DNA from: Bdellovibrionales bacterium
GTDB taxonomy: Bacteria > Bdellovibrionota > Bdellovibrionia > Bdellovibrionales > UBA1609
Assembly (NCBI GenBank): GCA_965199825.1
Contig: OZ241329.1
Coordinates: forward strand, 2,080,001-2,144,000
DNA length: 64,000 nt
Direction: 5' to 3'
How positions within the stretch are numbered: position 1 is the stretch's first letter; every line of letters starts with the position of its first letter. Below the pieces are notes generated by a model. That model was not told where the DNA came from. It worked only from the letters and a program-made list of their open reading frames with translations, and did no database searches. The translations under genes were made by a program, and so were the position numbers. Shown here one piece after another: positions 9,063 to 19,032 of this stretch.

Positions 9063-9697
9063 AAGTGGGTGTGGTTCGGTTTCTTGGCACAAACTGCGAT
9101 CATGATGTTTTTGAGGCGGTCCGCTTACTGGGTGGAACTCCTGAGTATCTTTGGTTTGAAAACCAATTTGATCCAAAGAATTATGGTGCACTCTTAATTC
9201 CTGGTGGATTTAGCTATGGAGATTATCTCCGATGTGGAGCATTGGCTGCCAAAGCGCCCGCGATGATCAGTGTGATCGAAGCCGCCAAGCGCGGAGTGCC
9301 TGTATTGGGAATTTGTAATGGATTTCAAATCTTGTGCGAAGCCCAACTCTTGCCTGGAGCTTTATTAAGAAATATCAAAGGCCGATTTATTGATCGATGG
9401 GTCAAGCTCTCCACCATCAATTCGAGTCCGCATTTTCCCTCGGATCGTAATTTTAGTCTTCCTGTGGCTCACGGTGAAGGGTGCTACTACGCTCCAGACG
9501 ATGAGATTCAAAAACTCTATGATCAAAATCAAGTGTGGCTCGAATACACTGAGCCGGTGAATGGCTCGGTCAAATCCATTGCCGGAATCATGAACCAAAC
9601 AAAAAATGTTTTAGCCTTGATGCCTCACCCTGAAAGGGCCCTTGCGAGTTGGATGGGTTCTGATGCGGGTACAAGTTTTTTTGCCGGATTATCATGA
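9059..9697 (+). CDS. purQ: FGAM synthase glutaminase subunit
   Basis: GTNCD, PGGFSYGDYLR, LGICNGFQ, MPHPER. Confidence 0.96.
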   Translation: MKVGVVRFLGTNCDHDVFEAVRLLGGTPEYLWFENQFDPKNYGALLIPGGFSYGDYLRCGALAAKAPAMISVIEAAKRGVPVLGICNGFQILCEAQLLPGALLRNIKGRFIDRWVKLSTINSSPHFPSDRNFSLPVAHGEGCYYAPDDEIQKLYDQNQVWLEYTEPVNGSVKSIAGIMNQTKNVLALMPHPERALASWMGSDAGTSFFAGLS

Positions 9698-11835
9698 AAG
9701 AAAAATTAGAAAAATATCGTATCAGTCCAGATGAGTATCAAAAGATTTGCCAACTTTTAGATCGTGAACCTCAAGGTGTCGAGTGGGCTTTATTTTCGGC
9801 ACTGTGGAGTGAGCACTGCTCTTACAAATCGTCGCGGTTTTATCTTAAAAAATTTAAAACAACGTCCACCCGCGTTTTAGAAGGCATGGGAGAAAATGCG
9901 GGCGTGGTGGATTTAGGACTTGGTGAGCGCGTGGCTTTCAAAATGGAAAGCCACAATCATCCAAGTTTTATTGAGCCTGTACAAGGGGCTGCAACCGGTG
10001 TGGGCGGAATACTTCGCGACATCTTTACCATGGGAGCACGACCCATTGCCCTTGCCAATTACCTCTGTTTTGGAAATCCCAAGGCCCACAGGATGTCCGA
10101 GCTTGTTGAGGGTGTGGTGAAAGGAATTAGTTTTTACGGCAACTGTGTGGGAGTTGCCAACATCACCGGTCAAACCGAATTTCATTCGTCTTATGACGGA
10201 AATATTTTGGTGAATGCATTTGCTCTTGGCTATTTTGGTCCAGAGGATCAAATTGCCAATTCGCGGGCGCAAGGAATTGGAAATTTAATCATCTATGTCG
10301 GGGCCAAGACCGGGAGAGACGGCATTCATGCGGCTAGCATGGCCTCTGAAAGCTTTGATCAAAATTCTGAAAGTAAAAGACCAACTATACAAATCGGCGA
10401 TCCGTTTTATGAAAAACTTTTGATCGAGGCGTGTCTTGAAATCATCCAACAAAATCTGGTGGTGGCGATCCAAGATATGGGAGCTGCGGGGCTCACATCC
10501 TCAACCTTTGAAATGGCCCAAAAGGGCGGCGTCGGATTCAGAATAGATCTCGACCGAGTTCCTCTAAGAGATTTAACTCTCACTCCAGAAGAAATTTTAT
10601 TGTCCGAAAGCCAAGAGCGAATGCTTCTGATTGCCGAGCCCAAAAATCTCAAAGCAATTCAAGATGTGTTTACTAAATACACCCTTGATGCCGCCGTCAT
10701 TGGCGAAGTTGTCGAGGGGCAAGATGTTGAATTGCGCTATCATCAAAAGACTTTAACAAAAATCAATCCGCATCTGTTGACCGAAGGTGCGCCACTTTAT
10801 CAAAGGCCTTTTACTGAGCCCGAGATCCGAATGTGTGAAAAGCTCACACCCTTGGACAACACCGATGCTCTCGGACTTTTTTTACAAATGATTTCCTCCC
10901 CGCAAGGATGTAGCCGTAATTTTATTTATGAGCAATATGATCAGCGTGTGGGGGGTCGAACCGCCAGAGACTGTCGGTCTCCGGTGGGAGTGGTCAAACT
11001 TCCGTCGGATCGATTGTTAGGAATTGCAATGGGATTTCGGCCCACGCTCATGCGACTGTGTCCCCATGTGGGCTCCGTTGATTCGGTGATCTCGGCTTGT
11101 CTTAAGCTTTCGGCTTTGGGATTTGAGCCGTTGGCCACCACCGATTGCCTGAATTTTGGATCTCCCGAAAATAAAGCAATTATGGGTGAATTTATCGTGG
11201 CGGTAGATCAAATAGCAAAAGCTGCCGAAGTCTTTCATGCGCCTGTGATCAGCGGCAATGTCAGTCTTTACAACCAAACTCTGGATAAGAGCATCACCAA
11301 CACGCCATCGGTCGGCGTAGTGGGAATCAAAACAAAGATGGAGCTCACGCCGAGCTCGACTTTTACAGATGTTGATCAAAATATTTTTGTTTTGAGTTCG
11401 GTTGATGTAACAACCTTTGGTGATTTGTCTGAATTATTAAAACTTCCACTAGAGCACACCGGAAAAATTCACCTTCAGGCTCAAGCCGATTTTGCCAAAC
11501 ACTTACGACAAATGGCCCAAAATTTTACCAGCGTGCGGGTGGTTACAAAATTTGGAATTCCTTATGCTTTGTTTAGAATGTGCACCGAAGAGTTGGGTTG
11601 CAGTGTCAATTTGAATGTCAAAGATCTCTCTGAGTTATTTGTGGAAAAACTTTATCAAGTGATTGTCACAGGCCCAAAAAACCTGCCGGAATTATTTCCG
11701 CATCAGGCGTTTGTGCATATTGGTTCAACCAAGAAGACTATTTTTGAAATTGTGGGACATATCAAAACCGATGTGATGAGTTTAATTGAGCATTACAACA
11801 AAGGATTTGGAGATCACTTTGCCAAGCTTTCATGA
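9694..11835 (+). CDS. purL: FGAM synthase subunit PurL (small type)
   Basis: WSEHCSYKSS, ESHNHPS, GAATGVGGI, DMGAAG, SESQERM, SGNVSLYN. Confidence 0.96.
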   Translation: MKEKLEKYRISPDEYQKICQLLDREPQGVEWALFSALWSEHCSYKSSRFYLKKFKTTSTRVLEGMGENAGVVDLGLGERVAFKMESHNHPSFIEPVQGAATGVGGILRDIFTMGARPIALANYLCFGNPKAHRMSELVEGVVKGISFYGNCVGVANITGQTEFHSSYDGNILVNAFALGYFGPEDQIANSRAQGIGNLIIYVGAKTGRDGIHAASMASESFDQNSESKRPTIQIGDPFYEKLLIEACLEIIQQNLVVAIQDMGAAGLTSSTFEMAQKGGVGFRIDLDRVPLRDLTLTPEEILLSESQERMLLIAEPKNLKAIQDVFTKYTLDAAVIGEVVEGQDVELRYHQKTLTKINPHLLTEGAPLYQRPFTEPEIRMCEKLTPLDNTDALGLFLQMISSPQGCSRNFIYEQYDQRVGGRTARDCRSPVGVVKLPSDRLLGIAMGFRPTLMRLCPHVGSVDSVISACLKLSALGFEPLATTDCLNFGSPENKAIMGEFIVAVDQIAKAAEVFHAPVISGNVSLYNQTLDKSITNTPSVGVVGIKTKMELTPSSTFTDVDQNIFVLSSVDVTTFGDLSELLKLPLEHTGKIHLQAQADFAKHLRQMAQNFTSVRVVTKFGIPYALFRMCTEELGCSVNLNVKDLSELFVEKLYQVIVTGPKNLPELFPHQAFVHIGSTKKTIFEIVGHIKTDVMSLIEHYNKGFGDHFAKLS

Positions 11836-13210
11836 TGAGTGTGCGGTGTTTGGAATTTGGAATGATCCAGAGGCTGCGCGGATGACTTATCTTGGACTTT
11901 TTGCTCAGCAGCATCGCGGACAAGAGTCTGCAGGCATTGTTACAAATTTCGAGGGCCAACAACTGCATCATAAAGGGTTGGGGCTTGTTGGCGATGTGTT
12001 TAGCGAGACCAATCTTAATGATCTCAAAGGTTTTGCAAGTGTTGGACACACACGCTACTCCACAACCGGCCAAAATCTTTTGACCAATGCCCAACCCCTC
12101 ACTGCACAGTTGGAGGCCGGGCCCATTGCGCTCGCTCACAATGGCAATATCGTCAATGCCCAAGAACTCAGGAAAGACTTGATCGCACAGGGTGCGATTT
12201 TTTACGGGACCAATGACACAGAAATTTTACTCCATCTTTTGGCCCGGAGTTCGAAAGATGTGATCAAAGGTTTAACCGAATGCGCCCCATTATTAAAGGG
12301 GGCTTACAGTATGACATTGTTAAATCAAAATTGTTTGATTGCGATACGTGATCCCTTGGGCTTTCGACCTCTTGTGGTGGGGCGGCGCACTCTTGAAAAT
12401 GGTGGATTTTCGACAGTGGTTGCATCCGAAACCTGCGCTCTTGATTTGATTGGTGCAAAATTCGTAAGAGAAATTCAACCAGGAGAAATCTTTTGGGTGG
12501 ATGCTCAAGGCGAGCACTCCACTCGATTTTCAGCTTCAACAGAACAAACCGCTAAATGTGTTTTTGAACATGTCTATTTCGCAAGGCCCGATTCGATTGT
12601 TTTTGGTGAGAGTGTTTATGAGGCGCGGAAAAAAATGGGTGAGTGCTTAGCCGAAGAAAGTGGAGTCGAGGGCGATATCGTGGTGCCGGTTCCAGATAGC
12701 GGAGTCCCTGCGGCTATCGGGTATAGCAACAAAAGTAAAATTCCTTTTGAGCTCGGAATTATTCGCAATCACTATATTGGGCGCACATTTATTCAGCCCA
12801 GTCAGTCGATCCGCAGTTTTGGGGTTAAGATAAAATTAAATCCGCAAGCCCAAGTGCTCAATGGCAAACGTGTGATTGTGATTGATGATTCGCTAGTACG
12901 GGGAACCACCAGCCAAAAAATCATTCGGCTGATTCGCCAGGCGGGAGCTAAGGAAGTTCATTTTAGAATTGCCTCGCCCCCGACAACGGGCCCTTGTTTT
13001 TATGGTGTGGACACTCCAAAAAAATCTCAGTTGGCCGCGGCAAATTCCTCACTAGAAGAGATCAGACGTTTTATAGATGCCGATTCGTTATCTTATCTTT
13101 CGGTTGAGGGATTAATGAGGGCGGTGAATGGAACTCGTAAAGCCTATTGTGCCGCATGTTTTGACGGAAATTATCCCACTCCATTATTTGGTTTAGACAA
13201 GGAAAAATAG
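11819..13210 (+). CDS. purF: Amidophosphoribosyltransferase
   Basis: HDEC propeptide with catalytic Cys, QHRGQESAG, HNGN, VPDSG, IDDSLVRGTT, CAACF Fe-S ligands. TTG start at 11819 chosen from a GGAG RBS. Confidence 0.96.
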   Translation: MPSFHDECAVFGIWNDPEAARMTYLGLFAQQHRGQESAGIVTNFEGQQLHHKGLGLVGDVFSETNLNDLKGFASVGHTRYSTTGQNLLTNAQPLTAQLEAGPIALAHNGNIVNAQELRKDLIAQGAIFYGTNDTEILLHLLARSSKDVIKGLTECAPLLKGAYSMTLLNQNCLIAIRDPLGFRPLVVGRRTLENGGFSTVVASETCALDLIGAKFVREIQPGEIFWVDAQGEHSTRFSASTEQTAKCVFEHVYFARPDSIVFGESVYEARKKMGECLAEESGVEGDIVVPVPDSGVPAAIGYSNKSKIPFELGIIRNHYIGRTFIQPSQSIRSFGVKIKLNPQAQVLNGKRVIVIDDSLVRGTTSQKIIRLIRQAGAKEVHFRIASPPTTGPCFYGVDTPKKSQLAAANSSLEEIRRFIDADSLSYLSVEGLMRAVNGTRKAYCAACFDGNYPTPLFGLDKEK

Positions 13211-13263
13211 TCCGCACACTTCTTGCACTTTTTTAAGAGAATCAACTTAAAGGAGTGTTTCAC

Positions 13264-14148
13264 ATGCAACCGCAAATTCAAAACGAACCAAAGCCGCCCT
13301 TTGTTCCCCAACATCAGTCCACATCTCCCGGTCTTGAATCCGAACTCAATCCGCGTCCAAATTTTGATGCGCCTCTCTACAAACCGGCAAATAAACTGCT
13401 TGGCAAAAAAGCTTTGATCACCGGAGGTGATTCTGGAATTGGGCGAGCGGTTGCGGTTCTTTATGCTCGTGAAGGTGCGGATGTGGCGATTGGTTATCTT
13501 CAAGAAGAACAAACCGATGCGGATGAGACCAAGCGTCTTATTGAGCATGAAGGTGGCAAATGTCTTTTGCTTCCCGGCGATGTCACAGATGAAACCTTTT
13601 GTAAAAGTATGATCGAAAAGTGTGTTTCGGAATTTGGTGGAATCGATATTCTTGTGAGCAATGCCGCCCATCAGATGCGCAAAAAATCATTAGAAGAAAT
13701 TTCGGCCGAGGAGTGGGATAAAACCTTTCGTACAAACATCTATGCCTATTTTTATTTAGCCAAAGCGGTTGTTCCCCACATGAAGCCAGGATCGGCGATC
13801 ATTGTAACAAGTAGCGAAACCGCCTTTTATGGACCTGAAGAATTGCCCGATTACTCCTCAACAAAAGGGGCGATCAACACCTTTACAAAATCACTTTCAA
13901 AAATGCTTTTGCAAAAAGGGATTCGGGTCAATGCGGTGGCTCCAGGGCCTGTATGGACTCCGCTCAATCCTGCTGATCAAGGAATGGATGCCGAGCGCGT
14001 TGCCAAATTCGGATCGTCACAGCCGATTGGTCGAGCGGCTCAGCCCGAAGAACTTGCACCCTCTTATGTGTTTTTGGCGTCTGATGCTGATTCAAGTTAT
14101 ATCACCGGAATTATTTTACCTGTGATGGGCGGCAAACCTGTCACTTGA
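13264..14148 (+). CDS. SDR-family oxidoreductase (YghA/general stress protein-like)
   Basis: ITGGDSGIGRA, YSSTK catalytic motif, NAVAPGPVWT. AAGGAG RBS. Confidence 0.9.
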   Translation: MQPQIQNEPKPPFVPQHQSTSPGLESELNPRPNFDAPLYKPANKLLGKKALITGGDSGIGRAVAVLYAREGADVAIGYLQEEQTDADETKRLIEHEGGKCLLLPGDVTDETFCKSMIEKCVSEFGGIDILVSNAAHQMRKKSLEEISAEEWDKTFRTNIYAYFYLAKAVVPHMKPGSAIIVTSSETAFYGPEELPDYSSTKGAINTFTKSLSKMLLQKGIRVNAVAPGPVWTPLNPADQGMDAERVAKFGSSQPIGRAAQPEELAPSYVFLASDADSSYITGIILPVMGGKPVT

Positions 14149-14152
14149 GCAA

Positions 14153-14575
14153 GTGTCTCTCGAACAAATTCGTCGCGGAGAAATTACCAAAAACGACGGC
14201 TTTGTTATTGTGTGTATGAGATTTTATCCGCGGGGTTTAAAAAAAGAATTGATCGATGAATTTCAACCCCGCCTTTCGCCTCCTAAACAATTGCTCCTCG
14301 ATTTTAAAAAAGCCGAAGCCCAGTTTGGTCATGAACAAGCCTTTGAAGTCACAAATTACAACGAGCGATTTGAGTTGTCTTTTCAAGCCTTGGCCGAACT
14401 TCAAAGGTTAAGCGAGATGGATAAAAAAGTATTTGTTGGTTGTCAGTGTGCGATCGGCCAAATGTGTCACCGCGAAATCCTTTTGGCTCTGGCCCATAAA
14501 CTTTTTAAGGCCGAGATTGGCCAAATATTTCATTCCTATTCTTTCGTCGATCAATTCGAATTTCCTAGTTTTTAA
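14153..14575 (+). CDS. DUF488/YeaO-like protein
   Basis: MRFYPRGLKKE, LSPPKQL and CHR motifs. Confidence 0.7.
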   Translation: MSLEQIRRGEITKNDGFVIVCMRFYPRGLKKELIDEFQPRLSPPKQLLLDFKKAEAQFGHEQAFEVTNYNERFELSFQALAELQRLSEMDKKVFVGCQCAIGQMCHREILLALAHKLFKAEIGQIFHSYSFVDQFEFPSF

Positions 14576-14601
14576 GTTTCAAGGTTGCTTTACTTAAAGC
14601 C

Positions 14602-15492
14602 ATGCAACTTAAAAAAAACGATCTGATTGACATCATTGCCCCGGGTTCTATTGGGCAAAAGGATCATTTTAAAAAAGCTTTGGGTGTTTTGCGCGATCGC
14701 GGTTTTAAAACTCGGTTTCCAGAGGATATGTATGGACCAACAAAAATGGTTTCAAACACCGATGAACGAAGGTTTGATCATCTTCAAAAAGCATTGCTGA
14801 ATACCGAATCCAAAGCGATTTGGTGTGTGAGAGGGGGATATGGGTCAATTCGACTATTGCCCCATTTGGCAAAACTCAAAAAGCCCCGTCACAAAAAGAT
14901 CTTTATTGGTTATAGCGATGTCACAAGTCTGCATCTTTTTTTAAATCAAAATTGGGGATGGCCCACCATCCATGGGCCGTTACTTGATCGTGTGGGCAAA
15001 GGGGTGATGACTCCAATCGAAAACAAATCGCTATGGAATTTGATCGAAGGCGAACCAGGTCCTGTCCGATTTTCTGATTTAAAAACTCTTTTGCCGATGA
15101 GCAAATCTATCACTGGAAAAATCATTGGTGGAAATCTCATGGTGGCCCAAAGCACGTTAGGGACTCCTTTTCAGATTGATGGCAGCAATCGTATCTTGTT
15201 TTTTGAAGAGATCGACGAGCGCCCCTACCGAATTGATCGCATCCTTCATCATATGGAGCAGGCCCAAGTTTTTAAAAAAGCAAAAGCAATTTTATTTGGT
15301 CAGATCGTTGGAATTCCGACCGAAGAGATTGCTATTTTGAAAAACGATGTGCTCTTGCCTTTTGCAAAAAGAATGAAGTGCCCCGTGATCACGGGTCTTT
15401 CTGTTGGACATGGAACAAAGCAGTTGTCATTGCCACTCAATCAACAAGCGACACTTGTTTGTAACGGTGAAAAGGCCCAGCTCACGTTATGA
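14602..15492 (+). CDS. ldcA: LD-carboxypeptidase (peptidase S66)
   Basis: RGGYGS, GYSDVT (Ser), GGNL, FFEEIDE (Glu), VGHG (His). Confidence 0.92.
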   Translation: MQLKKNDLIDIIAPGSIGQKDHFKKALGVLRDRGFKTRFPEDMYGPTKMVSNTDERRFDHLQKALLNTESKAIWCVRGGYGSIRLLPHLAKLKKPRHKKIFIGYSDVTSLHLFLNQNWGWPTIHGPLLDRVGKGVMTPIENKSLWNLIEGEPGPVRFSDLKTLLPMSKSITGKIIGGNLMVAQSTLGTPFQIDGSNRILFFEEIDERPYRIDRILHHMEQAQVFKKAKAILFGQIVGIPTEEIAILKNDVLLPFAKRMKCPVITGLSVGHGTKQLSLPLNQQATLVCNGEKAQLTL

Positions 15493-16502
15493 CTCCCCAG
15501 CAGGTGTTTGAAAAAAAAGTGGCTGATTATTTAAAGGTAGCGGGGGGAATAAAAAAATTAACCCAAGGATTTTGTATTTCGGTCACAAAAAAAGATCGGG
15601 TGATCTATCAAAAAAATTTTGGTAAGGTGTACCGTTTTTATGATTTGGCTTCGCTCACGAAAATCATTTGCTCAACCGCAATAGCAATTGAACTCGTTGA
15701 ACAGGGTCGGTTGGATTTAAAAAAAGCGGTGAGTGCGTATTGGCCGCAGTATCCGGGAAATGCACGGGTTCGTGACTTACTGAGCCACCAGGCGGGCCTT
15801 GAGTGGTGGGAGCCGTTTTATCAGTTGATTGATCCCAAACTTTCGAGACCCAAACGGTTTGAACAAATCGAAAAAGCAATTTCATATCAAAAAAGATCGC
15901 GCATAAAGAAATCGATTTATTCTGATCTTGATTTGTTTGCTCTTTATGCAGTCTTACGCCGAATCACCAATGAACCGCTTGAAAAAACATTTCGACGATT
16001 AAAAACAAAAAGCATCTTTTTTAATATTGATAATAAATCGCGCTTTGATAAAAAAGATTTTGCTCCCACTGAGATTCATCAAGGTCAGGTGCATGATGAA
16101 AATGCGTGGAGTCTTGGCGGGGTCGCTCCCCACGCAGGACTTTTTGGCTCGCTCGAGGGGGTAACAAAATATCTTTTAGAGCTGCGCCAAAACTATCTAA
16201 AATCAAAAGTGGTCAAAGATTTTGTAAAACGCAAAATGCCTCCTGAAGACGGCGATTTTGGCTATGGCTTTATGCTTCCGACTTATGGCCGGGCCTCTTG
16301 TGGCCAGTTTTTTTCTCAAAAAAGTTTTGGTCATACCGGATTTACGGGGACCAGTTTGTGGTATGATCCTCAAGCCGATTTGGGTGTGGTGCTCTTAAGT
16401 AATCGGGTTTATCCCACACGCCAAAATAAAAAATTTAATGAACTCAGACCGCTTCTTCACGATTGGCTTTTTGAAATGCAAAGGGAGATTCATGCAACTT
16501 AA
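15489..16502 (+). CDS. Beta-lactamase-family (S12) serine hydrolase, AmiE-like
   Basis: ASLTK (SxxK), LLSHQAG, YSD, VHDENA, HAGLF, GHTGFTG. Confidence 0.85.
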   Translation: MTPQQVFEKKVADYLKVAGGIKKLTQGFCISVTKKDRVIYQKNFGKVYRFYDLASLTKIICSTAIAIELVEQGRLDLKKAVSAYWPQYPGNARVRDLLSHQAGLEWWEPFYQLIDPKLSRPKRFEQIEKAISYQKRSRIKKSIYSDLDLFALYAVLRRITNEPLEKTFRRLKTKSIFFNIDNKSRFDKKDFAPTEIHQGQVHDENAWSLGGVAPHAGLFGSLEGVTKYLLELRQNYLKSKVVKDFVKRKMPPEDGDFGYGFMLPTYGRASCGQFFSQKSFGHTGFTGTSLWYDPQADLGVVLLSNRVYPTRQNKKFNELRPLLHDWLFEMQREIHAT

Positions 16503-17937
16503 AAAAAACGCTACAATACATCTTATGGGCATCTGCGGAACCGCAATGGCTTCGCTTGCAGGAATTTTTAAGAGCATGGGATTTGAGGTTCAGGGCAGTG
16601 ATCAAAATGTCTATCCCCCCATGTCGACCCAACTCGAAAAATTAAAGATCAAGGTGAACGAAGGTTATAAAGCCCAAAATTTAATTCCACCCCCAGATTT
16701 TGTGGTGGTCGGAAATGTGATTTCAAAAAATAATCCCGAAGCACAAGCGCTGCTTGAAAGTTCAATCCCATACTCGAGTTTACCCAAAGCTTTGGGCGAG
16801 TATGTGATTGAAAATCGTAAAACCATTATTGTTGCGGGCACTCATGGGAAAACAACCACCACTTCGATGGCCGCGGTGGTTGCGTTAGAGCAAGATTTAA
16901 AGCCTGGCTTTTTAATTGGTGGAATTCCACTTAACTTTTCGACCTCATTTCAAAAACCAGAGGGAGATTGGTTTGTGATTGAGGGTGATGAGTACGACAC
17001 CGCTTTTTTTGATAAAGTGCCCAAATTTTTGCATTACAGGCCTTTGCATGTGATTTTAACCAGTATTGAATTTGATCACGCCGATATCTATCGCGATCTT
17101 GATCATGTGAAGGAATCTTTTAGAAAACTTTTGCGACTGATTCCCGAAGACGGCACCTTGATTTACAATGCCGAGGATAAAAATATTTTAAGTTTACTTG
17201 GTGAAACCCGTTGCAAAAATGTTTTTGGTTACGGCGAATCGACGGGTGATTTTACGGTTGCGGATCGACAGAATTTATTGGGCCGCAATCAATTTGCGGT
17301 GATCCAAAATAACGAGCGCATTGCCGATATCGCAATCAAAAGTTTTGGAATCCACAATACCTTAAATGCCTTAAGTGTTTTTGCTTTAAGCACCGTCCTT
17401 CAATGGAATCTTTCAAAAACTTTGACCGCTTTAAGCAAATTTAAGGGTGTCAAACGCAGGCAAGAAATTTTATTTGAGATTGGGGGCATCACGGTGGTTG
17501 AGGATTTTGCGCATCATCCAACCGCGGTGGACTTGACTCTAAAATCAATCCACGAGCAATTTCCAAATCGGCGGGTGATTGGGGTTTTTGAGCCACGCTC
17601 GGCCACCTCGCGCCGTAATATTTTTCAAGAGGCTTATGCCAAAGCATTTGCCGCAGCTGATTTGGTATTTTTGATGGAGCCCTTTGATCAGAGCCAAATT
17701 CCAGAGGAACAAAGATTTTCGTCCAAAAAATTAAAAGCAGATTTAGAAAAACAAAATACAGAAGTATTTTTGCATCAATCAGTGGATGAGTTGGTCGTCA
17801 ATTTGACCGACCAAACCAAAAAAGGCGATGTGATTTTGGTGATGAGTAACGGCGGCTTTGATGGAATTTATCAAAAATTGAATGAAAGCCTAAAACGTTC
17901 CAGTCATAGCCATAGTGGACAAGAAAATAGTCAATAG
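16492..17937 (+). CDS. mpl: Murein peptide ligase Mpl
   Basis: IHLMGICGTAMASLA, GSDQNVYPPMST, AGTHGKTTT, EGDEYDTAFFDK, FAHHPTA, FEPRS, MSNGGF. Confidence 0.93.
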   Translation: MQLKKNATIHLMGICGTAMASLAGIFKSMGFEVQGSDQNVYPPMSTQLEKLKIKVNEGYKAQNLIPPPDFVVVGNVISKNNPEAQALLESSIPYSSLPKALGEYVIENRKTIIVAGTHGKTTTTSMAAVVALEQDLKPGFLIGGIPLNFSTSFQKPEGDWFVIEGDEYDTAFFDKVPKFLHYRPLHVILTSIEFDHADIYRDLDHVKESFRKLLRLIPEDGTLIYNAEDKNILSLLGETRCKNVFGYGESTGDFTVADRQNLLGRNQFAVIQNNERIADIAIKSFGIHNTLNALSVFALSTVLQWNLSKTLTALSKFKGVKRRQEILFEIGGITVVEDFAHHPTAVDLTLKSIHEQFPNRRVIGVFEPRSATSRRNIFQEAYAKAFAAADLVFLMEPFDQSQIPEEQRFSSKKLKADLEKQNTEVFLHQSVDELVVNLTDQTKKGDVILVMSNGGFDGIYQKLNESLKRSSHSHSGQENSQ

Positions 17938-18030
17938 GGTAAAAATAACCAAGGTCCATTGCGCATTGTCGATCTGTTCCACGGGATACCATCCTTCATT
18001 GATTAAGATTTAAGGATATTAGCAAGCAAG

Positions 18031-19032
18031 ATGCCAGAATTCGTTATGGAAAACCCCTCGATTCGTCATGCGCGCGAGCTGCTCGAGGTCCATCCATCCA
18101 GTTCGCTCGAGGATTTAAAAAAAGCCTTTAGACGGATGGCATTGCTTTACCATCCGGATCGCAATCAAGAGCCTCAAGCCCCAAAAATTTTTGATTCCAT
18201 CAAAAAGGCCTATGATCTTTTAAAAGATCCGGTTCAGGTTCGTCTGTTAAATAAAAATGCGATCAAAGACCGATTGTCTCGCACCGTGATTGAAGGTCTG
18301 GCTGTGACTTTTGGTTCATTTTTTGGATTTCGATTGTTTCGCTTACCGGGCCTTACAGAAAAGCGATTTCGTTTGGGAAAAGAAAAACTCGGTGAGGTCG
18401 ACCAATACAATATGTCTTATGCCGAATCTCTTGAGGCCACATCCATTCTTGATCATCCGGCTTATGATTCCTTGGAGCTTGTTTATGCGGGCCGCTTTTC
18501 AAAAGAAGATGAGGCGGAGCTTCTCAAAAACTTTAAGACTCAAAAAATATTGGAGCTACCATGGGTGACCTTAAATCACCGCGGTATTTTTTTATTTTTA
18601 AAGCAGGATTTGCGGCAGGCCGCAAAATGTTACGAACTTTTGAATGAACGAATCCCTTTGAATATTATTTTTATGTATCGATTGGGGCTACTCAATATTT
18701 TGCTCAGTTTTCAGGAGGCAAAAACGAGCGTTCTGGGTGCAAAAAAGCCTGAACCTCGGGCGTTTAAAAAAGGTGTGGCCCTGCTGGAGGCTTGTTTAAA
18801 AATTGCAGCCCAAAGACCAGTTGGAAAACAAAAATGCATTTTGATTAGAAAAACCTTGGCCGAGGTCTATGAAAAGTCTGGTCATAAATTTAGGTCTCAG
18901 CGGATGTGGCGCGAGATCGAAAAGCTAGACCCTAAGTCCATCGAAGTCGCTTATCGCAGGAAAGGTTTAAAAGGAGCTTTACGCCTTCTTGACTCCAAAA
19001 AGTTGGCAAAAAAACCGATAATTTCGGTATGA
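18031..19032 (+). CDS. J-domain protein with a helical/TPR-like C-terminus
   Basis: LKKAFRRMALLYHPDRN (HPD motif) and AYDLLKDP. The C-terminal region is TPR-like. Confidence 0.8.
   Translation: MPEFVMENPSIRHARELLEVHPSSSLEDLKKAFRRMALLYHPDRNQEPQAPKIFDSIKKAYDLLKDPVQVRLLNKNAIKDRLSRTVIEGLAVTFGSFFGFRLFRLPGLTEKRFRLGKEKLGEVDQYNMSYAESLEATSILDHPAYDSLELVYAGRFSKEDEAELLKNFKTQKILELPWVTLNHRGIFLFLKQDLRQAAKCYELLNERIPLNIIFMYRLGLLNILLSFQEAKTSVLGAKKPEPRAFKKGVALLEACLKIAAQRPVGKQKCILIRKTLAEVYEKSGHKFRSQRMWREIEKLDPKSIEVAYRRKGLKGALRLLDSKKLAKKPIISV

Noticed and set aside
13171..13671. 166-aa antisense ORF
   Set aside because: Shadow frame opposite a clear SDR gene. The same applies to the many short antisense ORFs inside pur, fad, maeB, czc and scp genes.
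15489..16502. Beta-lactam resistance gene
   Set aside because: No signal peptide, and the ldcA/mpl context indicates cytoplasmic murein recycling.
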